Source of the DNA: Phoronis australis
Lineage: Eukaryota > Animalia > Phoronida
Assembly: GCA_002633005.1 (NCBI GenBank)
Contig: NMRA01000335.1
Span: 1 to 64,000, forward strand
DNA length: 64,000 bases
Direction of reading: 5' to 3'
In this document: positions 51,405 through 63,359 of the stretch, piece after piece
Numbering within the stretch: position 1 is the stretch's first letter
Layout of the letters: each line of letters begins with the position of its first letter
Notes under the pieces: model-generated
The model's database searches: none
Seen by the model: only the letters and a program-made list of their open reading frames with translations
What the model was told of the DNA's origin: nothing
Program-made: the position numbers and the translations under genes

Positions 51405-54400
51405 CGATGGTGATGATGATGAGGAGGATGGTGATGATGATGATGATGATGACGTTTCTGACTAGAGTACGACTTTCGTGGTAGAAAATGCTCGCATTTT
51501 GAACTACAGAACAACCCCAACAAGGATTATAACGGCGACCAATGTTGTGACAACTTCGCTTCAATAACTTTTAATTTTATAAAAAATCTATTCCTGTAGT
51601 CCATTTAGCCTTTCATTTTGGTATTTTTCATATTTTACACCTTGAAGTACAGGTGAACACGCACATTTTTCCACGAGATGATTTTTAATAACAGGAAAGA
51701 TTATAATGATGGCGAATGAACCCTGTTCCAGATGGAGTATCTTACGAGAGTCTAACGGCACGCGACGGAATGAAATGCAACCGTACAATATACACCCAAA
51801 ACTTGTGCCAACAGGATTTGACACGCCGTATTTTTCTATATCCAACGATGCTTTTTCATACGACGACGCTGTCTTTAAGTTTGCCTTGTCCTTGAAAGTG
51901 TTCTTCCAGGAATCCGATGACAATTACGGTACGTAATAGCGTCCTACAAAGTGGCATTCTTACATAGTCGGTAATATCCTGCGAATGTTAACGATGCCTA
52001 AAACGAAAACTTTCTGAAGAATAAAAGAACCTTTTTTACGAGGTTGTTTTGCAAATGAGACTTCGGTCACCTCGACGAATAACCTCTTTAACGTTCATGG
52101 AGCGCGTTAAATTTTAAGCAAAATATATCGTGTTTCCCCTTATCACGTAAAGCACTCTGTATTAATCACCTCCGAAAATTAAGGAACTGTTCTTTGCAGT
52201 ACCATTTAAGAGGATGTAGCGAATGACTGTCAGTGTCACATAACTATAGTCACAGAGGATTCACACTGTTTTTATCAAATAGGCGAGCAACTCTTCCCGT
52301 TCACGCTAAACAGTGCTCCTGTCGGTGGTCACTGTGAACTCAACCAGCGTGAGGGCGTGGGATTCGTCACGAAGTTCTACGCAACGTGTCCTAAGCCATT
52401 CGTAGACAGTAACCACCCCATTCTATACTCTCTGCAATACCGTCTGAAGCCGAAAGACAGTTGGTCTGCAATTGTATACGGTGAGACTTTTTTCCGTAGA
52501 ATGTGCAATGCTTTGGTGATTGATTGCTGTTAATTTAACGGAAATTTCCAAGTCTGCGTAGTTAACTGTTTAAAATTTAAATGCTTTCTTACCTACACTT
52601 GCGATGCAATGATGGAATGACAATTACATTTTTCAGATGTCACAGAACTTAACCAATATGTGAACTTCTTGTTGCCCCCTGGTGTCGCCCAATACAACAA
52701 CAGCATCGCTATCAAAGTGATAATTAAAGATGGATTGAACGCTGCCACAACTTTAAACCTTGCGGCAAAGGTAATGGAAGGGACTGGTCAGCGCTTTTGT
52801 TTAATCGACTTTTCGTGTCACATGAGTGCCATTAAGTTGTATGTAAAAGACATATTGCTCTGTGACGTGGATGGTTCTTCTTCGATACCTTACACATTTT
52901 GTGACTTACACTATATGTCCATGCCTTAACGTAGCCTAAGGTCATACGAGGAGATACCTTGAACTGCATCCCGTAACGCTAACATTAGAGAACATTACAA
53001 CGTAAAATTGGTACCTCATGGACCGGACATAGTGGGATCAGCCCCACAATTGGACATTTCCGCCTCGCCCACTAATCACTGTAGTTACGGAATTGTTGCT
53101 GGTATACGCTAGTCTCGTGCTTACTCGCGACCACTCGCTTCAAACTCGCGTCATCTGACAAAATCTTGCATTATCAGCTCACTTTTTCCCGCACGCAGAA
53201 TCGTGTTGTCATGTTCAGACACACCCCAGATGTTGGTGTCCAAACGTATTTGCCACCATTTTGTTTTAAGGGTGCTTAAAAAACGTTACCACCATGCGTT
53301 TTCTCAGTATTTGAGATTTCGATTGGACAATTATTATGCATTAGAGAGAGGAGAGTGGATACAGGCATCCCACTCAAGTGCTTGTCTGAAGAATCGGACA
53401 ATGAATTCGATTTCCCACTTAGCGAACTTTCGTCGCCTTTAAGGCGGTATGAACTCGACCCACAGACATGTGAGAGCCACACCCAACTAACCAAGGGGTG
53501 GTCAACATTCACAAAATAGACACTTAATAATCACCAGCAAATGCCACAGTAAACCTGGGTCACTCGTAATCAGTATTGCTATGACGGAATGAGCACAGTC
53601 TAAACACAATGCATAAGTTTACGTGTCGTAGCACTCGATCCGGCCCAGGGTCGCTGGCTTAGCATCACTCGCCCTAGAATGGAAGCAGTTTGTTCGTTAT
53701 TTATAAAATTTGCAAATACACTTACAAGGTGGCGAGTCCTTCATCGTAACGCCGCTTTTGGGTTTGGTCGAAGCACGATTCCTTGAAATGTGCCGAACAA
53801 AGTGGCTCACTACTGAATCGTATGTTCCTCACCGACATTCCACACTCGTGCGGCGCACAAACCGATACCATTTCTGTGCAACTTTCATGTATTTAGGAAA
53901 TGTGAACACGGAAACGTCCTCAGTCAAGTTGGTGTTACTACATCCTTCACAAACACACTTTTAATGTCTGAAAAAGGCGGCTCTCCGCGGACTTTCCTCA
54001 CAACTACTCAGTTTCGCACTGGTATAAAACAACAGCGGCGGAGAGGGTCTTCCACTCATTACGTACAACCTCGATTACAAAAAATATATATTTTTAAATT
54101 TCGCTTGTTTCTTAGCAACAGGTATACTAAAGGCTATTAAATCTCTGCAGATGCATTAATAATTTTTTTGAGACACTGGGTCATGTTGGGAACTCTTCAA
54201 CACCTAGTTCTCACGAACGTGATGGATTAATATTGACAAAACAAACTTCAATGTCATTTTGCAATACTTTGAATGTTTTAACCCAAGTAAGCTGTGAGGT
54301 AAGAGTCAGTATTTCATCGTTCTGAAATAACCTCGTCTTATTCTTAATTTTGATGTTGTAAAAAAATTCAGGAACCAGTCAGTTTGCAACCGCGTAGATG

Positions 54401-57400
54401 TAGAATTGCTAAATTAATTCAATTTGGTAAGTCTTTTGAAAGACTTGTATTGCGTTAAAATAGCTTTTATGAATCTGCAGGTGACCCAAGGAGATGAGAT
54501 AAAAAACTTAATTTCCGGAAATGACGATAATCTCTTGGCGTCTATAGAGGCTAGTCACGACTTAGGAAGTAACCTCGACGTCATACTTGGCTTAGTCAAC
54601 GTCATCGACAACACTCCAGAAAAGCAAAAAGAAGGAAACAGTTCAGACGGAATCAGTAACAAAAAGGCAACACAGGTAGACTACAGGACATTCGGTGTGG
54701 TAATTTAGTTTCACAAATGCCGCGTAGGAAATCACAAACAATATGACCGTCATTAGGGTGAGATCAAAGGCTATGTTCAATGGCATTCGGCAGAGATATA
54801 AAAAGTAATTACAGGCGGTCTGATACCGGTGGCGGATTTAGAGGGGGGTCAAGGGGGCCATGGCCCCCTCTAAAATTCTCCCAGATTCCATTTGGAAGTT
54901 CGGGGATGCGAGTGTAGGCCTATGGCGGGCAAAATCCTGGCTAATACTCTGCCCTGCCCCCTAACTCAAAATCCTGGATCCTCCCCAGAATACACGTTGT
55001 TTCAGAACTACGCAGTCCGAGCATGTGGGCCCATTCCACTGATCATTTTTATGCTTTGTTAATATATAGTTAAAACCGAGCTGAGGAGCTAGAAAGCTGA
55101 CTCGAGCACTTTTATTCTCCACCGATTTTGACAAAGCCTAACTCTGACACGCCTTAGTCAAATCGAACACAGGTAATTAATTGCGGAAATGAGTCACTGA
55201 AATAAGCGAAATTATTGAGGGGCACAAGCTAAACTACCCCATGCCCCGGTCTCCGGATGCCGCCAAATTTGTACCAACCACCCAAGTCCACCATAGGAGG
55301 GGGGAGAATCCCGGGGTTCAACCAACAAAGTTTCACGCACTGACTGATAGCTGGGAGCTGCATCAAGTAAATAAAGACATAATTCACGCCGACAGGAGGC
55401 GCGTGCCAATAACGAGGCTCGCTACGATAGTTCTGTTTGCTTATCGGCATAGTTGTATTCCGCGTTGCTCGAACGGCTAGAACACGGACATTCAACTGTC
55501 TGTTTTACAATCCTAAGGAAGTTGAGATTCGGAAGCGTTGGGTCGTTGCCATACGTTGCGACGAAGGAAAATATTTCTGTGTAAAATTTATAAATGTTTT
55601 CGTAAAGTTAAATCATATTTTGTCTCATCTCGGTTGCCAAGCTTAGCAACAACCGGAGAATCTTAGGCCAACCAGGCTGTGTTTTCATGACTACGGGTTG
55701 AAACATGATGCATTTTTCTTTCCAAAAAGGACAGGGCCCTCAATTCCTCGATTTTGGGGCTGAATATCGACCCTATTCCCCTCTCAAAAATATTCAAAAA
55801 TCATGCGAAATTCTCCCCAAGTGAGACCTGGCTAGTGATTGAAAATTTCTCTTCGAAATTCAAATCGCCTAACCACACAGGTGACAGTTTGAAAGAGCAC
55901 AAAATGCTAACTGAAACAGAGCCTATAAGAACTTGCAACAGGGCGGGTGTGCTATGTTGATCGGGAGGTAGATTTTCCCCTCACTCGGCGAGAAAATTCC
56001 CCTCTCAGAAGGCATAGGCACCTTTCCCCTCTGTTAACGAGACCCCTGAAGAAACATGATAACTATGCTTGCTCTATCCAGTTAACTGAAATTGAGCTCT
56101 AAAACGACATTATGATTTGGACGAATGAATTGTTTGTTTTAATTTTAAAATTCAACTTGGTCCAGATTGATATTTGAAACCTAACACATGAAATAGACGT
56201 AAGAATTGTTAAAACCAAGAAAGCAGAATTGATGATCAAATAATTTTTATTTTCAGGTACCAGCCTGGTTATTTATTTTAATAAAAATAAAAATCAATAA
56301 CATCAATTATTCTTTCAGATCAATGACAAATCAACTATTAGTCCCGGTAGTCCCTACCTCACCTGGACCCGCTACGCTATGCTTGATCAACAAACAAAAC
56401 CAGATATGACTAATTGCACATCAAAGCAAAATGTCATGAGCCACCACTGTCGAATATACCTTCTACTCGTCAACAATACGAGCAGATGACCTAGTTCGTG
56501 TAGAAAGCATTATCATCATCAATTTACAAGACGAAACGTAACCCTGCATTCACAATAATACCTAATCCGTAACAGTATTATCGCCACAATTTGGTCATAT
56601 TTACTTTTTATGATTCGAACCTAGTTTTCCGATACCCTTTCGTCAGACAACTCTTTGGTGCATTGACTTGTTCTCTAATATGTTTTTCTACGTCTCTTTA
56701 GTTAATTATCAACACATTTTTAAGATTTAATATCCAGGTTGGACTCGAAAGACAGGCCATTTAACTCGCTCCATGTCAGCTTCCGCTTTGCTTATCGTAG
56801 TGAGCCTCGCTTTGGATTTTAATTGTAGCCGCGTGAGTTAGGTCTATACCCAAGATCTGTCAATGTAAAAATAGGAATTCCATAAACTAGGCTAGCCGCT
56901 GGTCAGTTCAGCTATGATTCACTAGAGATAAAGATGCTTGAGACACAACTTAGCTCGAACCTATCCATCTGTGCTGGCTCTACAGTTAAGATTCAGTTTG
57001 TTTATGATCCGGTTTGGGAAAAGATCACTTTAATAGGATCATTCTTTGACGGTATTTTTAAAGAACGACGTCCCGAGGTACCTGATATAGTGTATTTGTG
57101 GTTGTTTCAATACCCCTTGCTGAAACACAGATATTCCAGTTACTGGGGAAAATGATGCGCAGAGGGTGTCTCAAAAATGTACACACCTCCACTGAGTTCA
57201 AATTCATTACCCGTGAATGACTGAGACTTTGCTCCGGACTTACATGTACTTCATGGTTACACCTTATTTTTGAGCGTCGGTGCGTCAATCTTCACGGGAA
57301 TGGCGAACAAACAATTCAGCTTTGAAGAACGAAAAACGTAGGCCTACTACTGGAAACTAAAAACACCAAGGAAGTGCAAGTAAATCTTTCCAAGTTAATG

Positions 57401-60400
57401 AGCAATGCATTTAATTTATTTATGGGCTTAAAATTGTTTTTCCATCTACGGTTTTGATGAAAACACGACTAAACTTTTTGTTTGAAGGCTTGATACTGAG
57501 TCGCTCGTAGTGTCGAAACAATCTCATTTCTTCTGGTGTGCAGGTATATAGCAAAACACCGAGAAACACAACAAACAAACAAATTAAAACACTAGAAATA
57601 ACAAACAAACCAATTAAGACACTAGTGATTTAATTTGTTGTTTGTTATGTCTAATGTTTTAATTTGCGAAGTTTGCGTTAACGAAGGGCTGCTACCGAAC
57701 TATACTGGGGGGAGGCTATAGCCCCCCACTAATCGGTTGCGCCGCCCATAGAGTCCAGTGGAGGCTCACCAATGAAAAAAGTGAGGGGTATAGCTCCCAG
57801 CCCCTATGACCTTGTTCCTAAGACAATAAACAATTTATTTATTGTCGTTTGTAATGTGAGAACATTTTGGAGCATTTTAGAGCTATCCGAGATGCATCAA
57901 ATTCCTTGAGACTTATTTCAGATAAGCGAAGTTCATTTAGCGTTCTTTGTTATCTGGGAATCGGATGATAGATTGAATTTTCCCAATGTCACCCTGAAGC
58001 TAAGTTCACTGAAGCATCATCACTTTTTACAAGAATTGTCAAAAACCACCTGTCATTCACTCGATGTTCGTACATGCACGAACGTGTAAATCAGGAACCA
58101 ACAAATTCGCTGTTTGTCTAAACAGAATAAGCAATTCCCGAAGACATGCTCGAAGACTCTCAATGGGTAACAGGAGAACATGGGAGACGGAGCTCCCACG
58201 GGGTTTGGGGGTCCCCCAATAAGTTTTCAGAAGTTATTCATGTTGACTTGTATTTTTGCTCATTTTGGAGGTACCTATTACGGTTCACGAGTTAATGTTG
58301 AACTCCAAAAAGAAGCCCCCTAACAACAATGTCCTGACAAGGGTCCTCAAACGTTAAATCATGCACTGACAGTTGTAAAATGTTGTCTTGAACTTTCTCT
58401 CTTCTCTTTGTTTCGATGTCTTTCTTTTCTCGACTGCCCCCACTTCCAAGCCTATGTCGCATGCCACGGTTTAACCCTGACGCCTGCACGTGCCTCCTCT
58501 GCCCCCTGCTTCCTACGGCCCTGGAATACAGGCAGGGGACACAACTCGAAAACAGGAAATTACTATACAACAGAAGTAAGGCTCATATATATCAAACAAC
58601 TCTTACATATATGAACAGTACTCACACGTACCGGTTAAGTTCCTTCAATTTATTCAGCTTTGTGTTTCCGAAAAATTCAGAGGTTTTCAAGGGCGGATCC
58701 AGGATTTTAGTTAGGGTGAGGGGCAGGGCTACCCGTCAGACATTCGTACCTCCGAATTGACAAATGGAGTTCTTTTTTTGGGGGGGGGGGAGATAACGTT
58801 ATATTGCTCAAACGCAGCTGCCCGTTGGTTCACAATGTTAGATGTAGCTGGGCATAATTTTACCCTTATAATAAACCAAACTGATTCATGATGTCCTCTG
58901 CAGCTAAAGTTGGCCTTGTTTAAAACACTCGAAAACCTTACCGAAGGCAGCCAAGCGACATTTGAACAGCATCAACAAGCTCTTGGATGCGTAGAGGCGT
59001 TGACACGAAACTCTGAGCAAGTGGGTGCTGAAGGAATGGTGTTAGCTAGTCAATATATGGAGTCTGGCGTCGCTGCTATGTCACACTTTCTCGGTACTGA
59101 AGAGATGCCTTCTACTCAAATCGTCCGGCAAGGCCAAGTATTTCTGAACGTTGCGGGTAAGCTACATTTTTGAGATGCACCGCAGGACAGGAATATAACT
59201 ACAGTGATTCATGCTCTGAAAATGAAAATGAATGATGAGGATTACTCTAAATGCCAGGTAGTGGCCATGTGGTGTCCGAACGTGAACGTGGCCAACAAGT
59301 GTCAAACGACAACAAGGCTTTAAATCAAGAGCAAGACACAACAAATTTTCTCCTAACTATAAGTAACGGTATTCAGAGGTTCAATTTAGACTTCATTCCT
59401 CTCAGTGCGCAAACGTGTCATTGCCTAATTACGGTTACAGTGTATACATTTGATCCTTAGGAAATCTCGCTAAGGTATTGATAGTGAACGAAGACAGGGA
59501 AGTTTCAAAGACTGGTGTCAGGTCCGAAGAGGCCGTAAAAGTTGCAAACCAAGTGGTAAGAGGGCGAATCATCCAGTAATTGTAGATTCTCTCAAAAATA
59601 GAGGTCAAACGAACTTTTTAACGAAAAGTTTATACTGTGTTTATGTTTTCATGTACGATTATAGTTTCAAACGAAGTGGGCTTGTCTAATGCCGGTGGTA
59701 GTTTAAAAGCTACTTGATTGGTCGGTGGAGAAACATGTAAGCAATTAGTAAAGACTGAGGGAGTGATACTCAAATATTAAGGACACATATTTAGTTTCAA
59801 TGTCGTAGAAATACTATAGCAGACCCGCGTTCCGTAAACCCGAGGTACTAAAAGAACGCTTGTAGTGAGAAATGACCTATTACAGGGCATGCACTTAAAC
59901 TAACCGCGAGTTTTCCCCGGAATTCAACATTTCAGCATTTCAGTGGCGTAAATTTTGCAGGTCTTAGCAAGCAAAGTTCCGAGGTTACTCGTGAAATACT
60001 TGGCTTTTACTCCTCGGATTTTGCAGGATCTTGCGATACATGTACATCGCTGATTTTCACGAGAAATTTGCTCTTCGAGAAGAACTGGTATTATGTTGTG
60101 TTAACAGTGCCGTGAAATTGAACAGCAGACATTGGTACTTATAGAACTGTCACGTTATCTCTACATACTCGTATGATGCACTAGTTGGCTGGTGATTCAA
60201 TTTCAGCGATCAGACATCAAAACTACAGTATCGGCCTTAATGTATGCAACCGATCAAACTATGGTTGCTGGGGAGGCGAATGTAGAAATGGAGACAGAAA
60301 CATCTAAACTTACAGTTATGAAAAAAGCTCCAGAAAACATTGATCAAGGTGCGTATACGCTGATTGAAGGAAACTAAAAACAATCTAAGCAATGTTGAAG

Positions 60401-63024
60401 ATGAAGCAGTGAACAGAGTTTTGCAAAAAAACTTTGATGATGTTTTGTAGAGTTTCTTTGGGGGTTTTGAGGGTATATTTTATTTATTGCTGAGTAACCA
60501 AAATGTAGCCAAAACTTACCTGTATTTCAAAATTTACAAAATGGATTCAAAATTTAATTGTTTCAACACACCGAGTATTACAGTAATAAAGAACATTTGT
60601 GCAGACGTTAGAGCCTACTCAGTGATGACTGAAGTTTACCAAAATGCAGACACTCCATTAATTGTTGATTCTGCGATGTCCATTTGATTATGAAACTTAA
60701 ATATTTAGGAATTATGCCAGTCACACCTATAGAAATGTAAGAATCAACGCAGAGTTCAAGACGACTGCACAGCATTTAGTGGGTTGATAATCCTTTTTCG
60801 AAGGCATGGTTAACGGTACAATAGAGTATAGACTCCATTTTTACTCATCAAATGCATGGCATCACTGGTCACGTGGTCTCTCGTCACATAGCAACATTTA
60901 AAATTCTGACGGTCTGCACAGTTTTTCCGAGCCGACATCGTCGTTTATTTCCGTGAGACTATTAAGTGATGCCAGGGGCGTTTAAACCATTATATCATTA
61001 CTCATTTTTACTGTAATATAATTTTGCTGTACGTGCAGAACTGATGTTCAAGCAATACTTTTATGTACTTTTCTTCTGGTCTGTCTGCAGGACCAATCAA
61101 TATCGGCTTTGGCGCACAGATTTCGTTTCCTCCAGTTGAGGACGTTTACGACAATGACACGACGTCAGTTTCTGCTGCCGTAAGTGAAACATATTTACTG
61201 CCTAAATTACCCATTGAATCCAATTTCATTTACTATAAGGAATAGCCACCTAGGGTCCGTTTGGTGAAAAGTGACTTTTTAAAGACTTAAGGCAAAATTT
61301 TAGTATTACGCTCCCCACATATTGTTGAACAAAGACTTCATGTAAACTTGAGTGTATCAGTGTCTAGACAAATGTCAGTAAGTAGCAGATATAAGTATGT
61401 TATCAGAGACGTCGCACTCTTGATTGAATGAGACGTAATCGCTTCTCAGAAGTTGTTGTGTTGAGCGTAAGACCCAATTGATGCCTTAATTCTAAAGCAA
61501 TTTCTCATAAAACAAATTCCAGGGCTGTGCTGCATATAGCTTCAAAGCGTATTCACTGAATTTGTTTGAATGTTGCTTGACGTCAAATTTCACTGCTAAA
61601 ATAGCAACATGACGAACTGGAAAGTATTTTGACATTTCCCGTTCAATAATACGAATTTAAGATAGATGTCTATTATTCTGTACTTCAGTATACTTATACG
61701 CAAGTCAATTCCAAATTTGCGCTTGATGATCGCTTGTTTGGGGATACAAACTCGGGTAAAAACTTGATGTTTCAAGTAAAAACTGGATATTTCGAGTTCA
61801 GACTCGAATTGCTAACTTTAATGCTGGGGTCATCATGCACAAAATTGATATTTATTCACGTAAAATATAATGAACTCTAACGCAAAATTAGAATATTAAA
61901 ATTCGAGTATAATTTTATGTTCGATTTCGAGTGATTAGACCCTGGTTCAATGACGAAATGAACTAACGGAAGTTATAGCGGTAAGTTAAGAGTTTCACTG
62001 AAAAAGCGTGTACTTTGTGCGAAACATTGAATTTGTGCATGCAGCCAAGTTTTAATGTAATTATAAACCCGCTTTCCATCGCAACTTTTGATTTAGACTT
62101 CTTAGCGGTTTCACTAAGGTTCCCCAAATTGGAGGTGAAATCAGGGCTGAGTGAGGGACGTGTTGAGACCAATTTTATGGCGGTAGGTGGTTTATATCAA
62201 AACTTAGCTTGTTGGACGGAACGCGGATTATTTAGCCACTTTAGCAGTTTTAGAAACGCTTTGGATAAAATCACTCGCGGAGATTACAGTATTTAGGCTG
62301 AATATAATCAAATGAGAACAGTATTTGCAAATATACATCCGTGGTGGTGATAGGTTATAAATGCACTATTCTTGATTTAGGTACTTGTAATGCAAGACAA
62401 CCCCTTGTACGAACCAAGCGACAACAAGGACAGCTTACCAGTGAGAGCGCCTGTTATGATGGTAGGCTTTTTCCAAGGACGCAACGAAGTAAAAGTTGTG
62501 GGTGAAATTACCAGTCCTCTTGTCATCACACATAAACTCTTTGACGGCGTACCCTCAGCTGACGCCAACAAAACTAACGGATCGCGATGCCATCCCTCCG
62601 CTGATGACCCAAAGAAAATGGTTGTCCACCAATTTGTTATTCCTAAAAATTCATCGTTTCACATTAAAGTCTCTGAGTGTCTGTATGCTAATAAGGTTTC
62701 AAGGAACTATAATGTCACGACCGGAAACTCCTCTACCTTCTCGTCGACAACATCTTCAGAGACAACCACTCAGCACCTCGGGCGGACCACGCCACATCCG
62801 GAAGTTGAGCAAAATGATATTTTGTCAAAGTTATATGAACAATATCTCTGCTCAACGAAGTTCAGTGTGTATATCAAGCTCAACAAACGTGTGGAATATA
62901 ATGACTTTGACTTTCATTGCCAGTTACCAATCAAGCCGCACAATTTGACTAAAGAAAATGATACGGACGCTCTGGTGAGGATAGATTTATGGACGTGTTT
63001 TCAATCGAATGTTGATATTCAAAG
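29628..63024 (+). CDS. PKD1: Polycystin-1-like gene (PKD repeats, REJ, GAIN), partial model of 20 exons, about 2,285 aa; 5' exon(s) not located, 3' end beyond window
   Basis: All 19 introns are GT-AG with matching phases and an open joined frame. PKD motifs (VDFGDG, WDYGDG, TYGDG), REJ motifs (LDARSSLDPD, W.C, C..NC..K, NSAPVGGHC, LPPG), GAIN-like helical region and NP motif. The family call is firm; exact orthology to PKD1 is untested. Confidence 0.88.
33281..33528. mobile_element. Palindromic MITE, intronic
   Basis: AGTAGAGTTTAAGAACGC vs GCGTTACTGAACTCTACT. Inner arms CTAGGACCTCGCT / AGCGAGGTCCTAG. Confidence 0.7.
33887..34049 (+). CDS. PKD1-like exon B
   Basis: ttgtag|GTG...CCG G|gtaag, phase 0 to 1. 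Confidence 0.8.
34266..34441 (+). CDS. PKD1-like exon C
   Basis: tttcag|AT CCT...TTT ACG|gtaat, phase 1 to 0. DPVVYHVPPWL...GYIKCWTV...IQFT. Confidence 0.82.
34459..35083. mobile_element. Kolobok-like MITE in the intron after exon C
   Basis: Ends (TAA)GGTTATGTT / AACATAACC(TTA), flanks ATAA and TTAA. Confidence 0.5.
36845..37466 (+). CDS. PKD1-like exon D (Cys-rich module plus PKD-like segment)
   Basis: tcacag|GTT TGG CGA CCA...GTT G|gtaag, phase 0 to 1. Confidence 0.88.
38246..39957 (+). mobile_element. Helentron-associated (HINE/DINE-1-like) element with internal tandem subrepeats, intronic
   Basis: Sub-TIR ATGCGCCCA (38250) / TGGGCGCAT (39923), GTCC-type microsatellite at 38277-38316, about 11 subrepeats, 3' hairpin CAACG-ccctt-CGTTG (39934-39948), CTTGTTT end. 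Confidence 0.75.
40849..41042 (+). CDS. PKD1-like exon E (PKD domain)
   Basis: ttgcag|CC ACA...AAG|gtaag. FDKAGSYTLQTRAQNMVS. Confidence 0.88.
41475..41580 (+). CDS. PKD1-like exon F
   Basis: tttcag|GTA ACC ATC GAG GTG GAA GAT CCG...CAA G|gtaag. Confidence 0.88.
44420..44527 (+). CDS. PKD1-like exon G
   Basis: ttccag|GA ACG CAA...ACA G|gtaat. GTQVNFTLRTGDG. Confidence 0.82.
46190..49051 (+). CDS. PKD1-like exon H (2,862 bp; tandem PKD domains and start of REJ)
   Basis: 954-aa ORF bounded by ttgcag| and G|gtatc. Repeated GDG and G.Y.V.V...N..S motifs, LDARSSLDPD. Confidence 0.95.
49348..49513 (+). CDS. PKD1-like exon I (REJ)
   Basis: cttcag|GG CTT...ATA GA|gtgag, ends EPPNIII. Confidence 0.85.
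50588..50686 (+). CDS. PKD1-like exon J (REJ)
   Basis: ttgcag|A TGC GTA AAA AAC TGC (CVKNCGEK)...TAC AG|gtgag. Confidence 0.88.
50826..51452. repeat. Degenerate (GAT)n microsatellite, intronic, with an N at 51280
   Basis: Read directly. It generates the poly-D/M/H/I/S pseudo-ORFs. Confidence 0.97.
51732..51928 (+). CDS. PKD1-like exon K (REJ)
   Basis: ttccag|A TGG AGT...TAC G|gtacg, phase 2 to 1. Confidence 0.85.
52283..52480 (+). CDS. PKD1-like exon L (REJ)
   Basis: NSAPVGGHC...G..FVTKF...C...F.D...PILY. aatag| acceptor, G|gtgag donor. Confidence 0.9.
52637..52770 (+). CDS. PKD1-like exon M (end of REJ)
   Basis: FLLPPG...IKVIIKDGLNA. tttcag| acceptor, AAG|gtaat donor. Confidence 0.9.
54481..54675 (+). 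CDS. PKD1-like exon N
   Basis: ctgcag|GTG ACC...CAG|gtaga, phase 0 to 0. Confidence 0.85.
54828..54990. mobile_element. Short hAT-like MITE (GGCGGAT-type ends); related ends near 9375, 13625, 17777 and 58690
   Basis: GGTGGCGGATTTAGAGGGG...GGGGCCATGGCCCC...CCTGGATCCTCCCC, quasi-palindromic. Confidence 0.5.
55445..55585 (+). pseudogene. THAP-domain remnant from a DNA transposon, intronic
   Basis: HSCIPRCSN, then after a frameshift PKEVEIRKRWVVAIRCDEGKYF (C..P.C / PK....RKRW...IRRD pattern). Confidence 0.6.
58904..59156 (+). CDS. PKD1-like exon O (GAIN A-like helices)
   Basis: ctgcag|CTA AAG...GCG G|gtaag. Confidence 0.87.
59258..59362 (+). CDS. PKD1-like exon P
   Basis: gccag|GT AGT...ATA A|gtaac, phase 1 to 1. 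Weaker splice signals. Confidence 0.65.
59461..59555 (+). CDS. PKD1-like exon Q
   Basis: ccttag|GA AAT...GTG|gtaag, phase 1 to 0. Confidence 0.78.
60207..60348 (+). CDS. PKD1-like exon R
   Basis: tttcag|CGA TCA...CAA G|gtgcg. MVAGEANVEMET. Confidence 0.83.
61091..61179 (+). CDS. PKD1-like exon S
   Basis: ctgcag|GA CCA...GCC|gtaag. AQISFP. Confidence 0.85.
62381..63024 (+). CDS. PKD1-like exon T (GAIN B region)
   Basis: atttag|GTA CTT GTA ATG CAA GAC AAC CCC...CAA AG|gtaat, 214 open codons. Confidence 0.88.
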
Positions 63025-63359
63025 GTAATGTCATACATACCAAAAAAATCTCTTCAGAAAATGTCTACCTGCATTTTTATGCAACCACACATATATGTGT
63101 GGCCGCATATTGTCGTTATTTGCGTGCGGGCATCCGTGAGTCTGCTCGATATTTCAACTCCCTGGTCGGATTTTGATGACAAAGGGTTTAGAGCATCGCT
63201 AGAACGGTTCATACCATTTCTCAATCTGCCCTTCTCCCTAGGGTGGATGGGGGGCGTGGCGTTGTGTGTGGAGGAGCGCTCCGAATGATATCTAGAGCGG
63301 ATTTTAATGACACAAAGCAAAGGAGTGTGACATCAATGCGCCGTAAAGAACAGAAAACC

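Noticed and set aside
50714-51564. Poly-Asp 'aspein-like' acidic biomineralisation protein, and poly-His/Ile/Met ORFs
   Set aside because: A (GAT)n microsatellite inside a phase-consistent PKD1-like intron. No signal peptide, open in several frames, and interrupted by an N.
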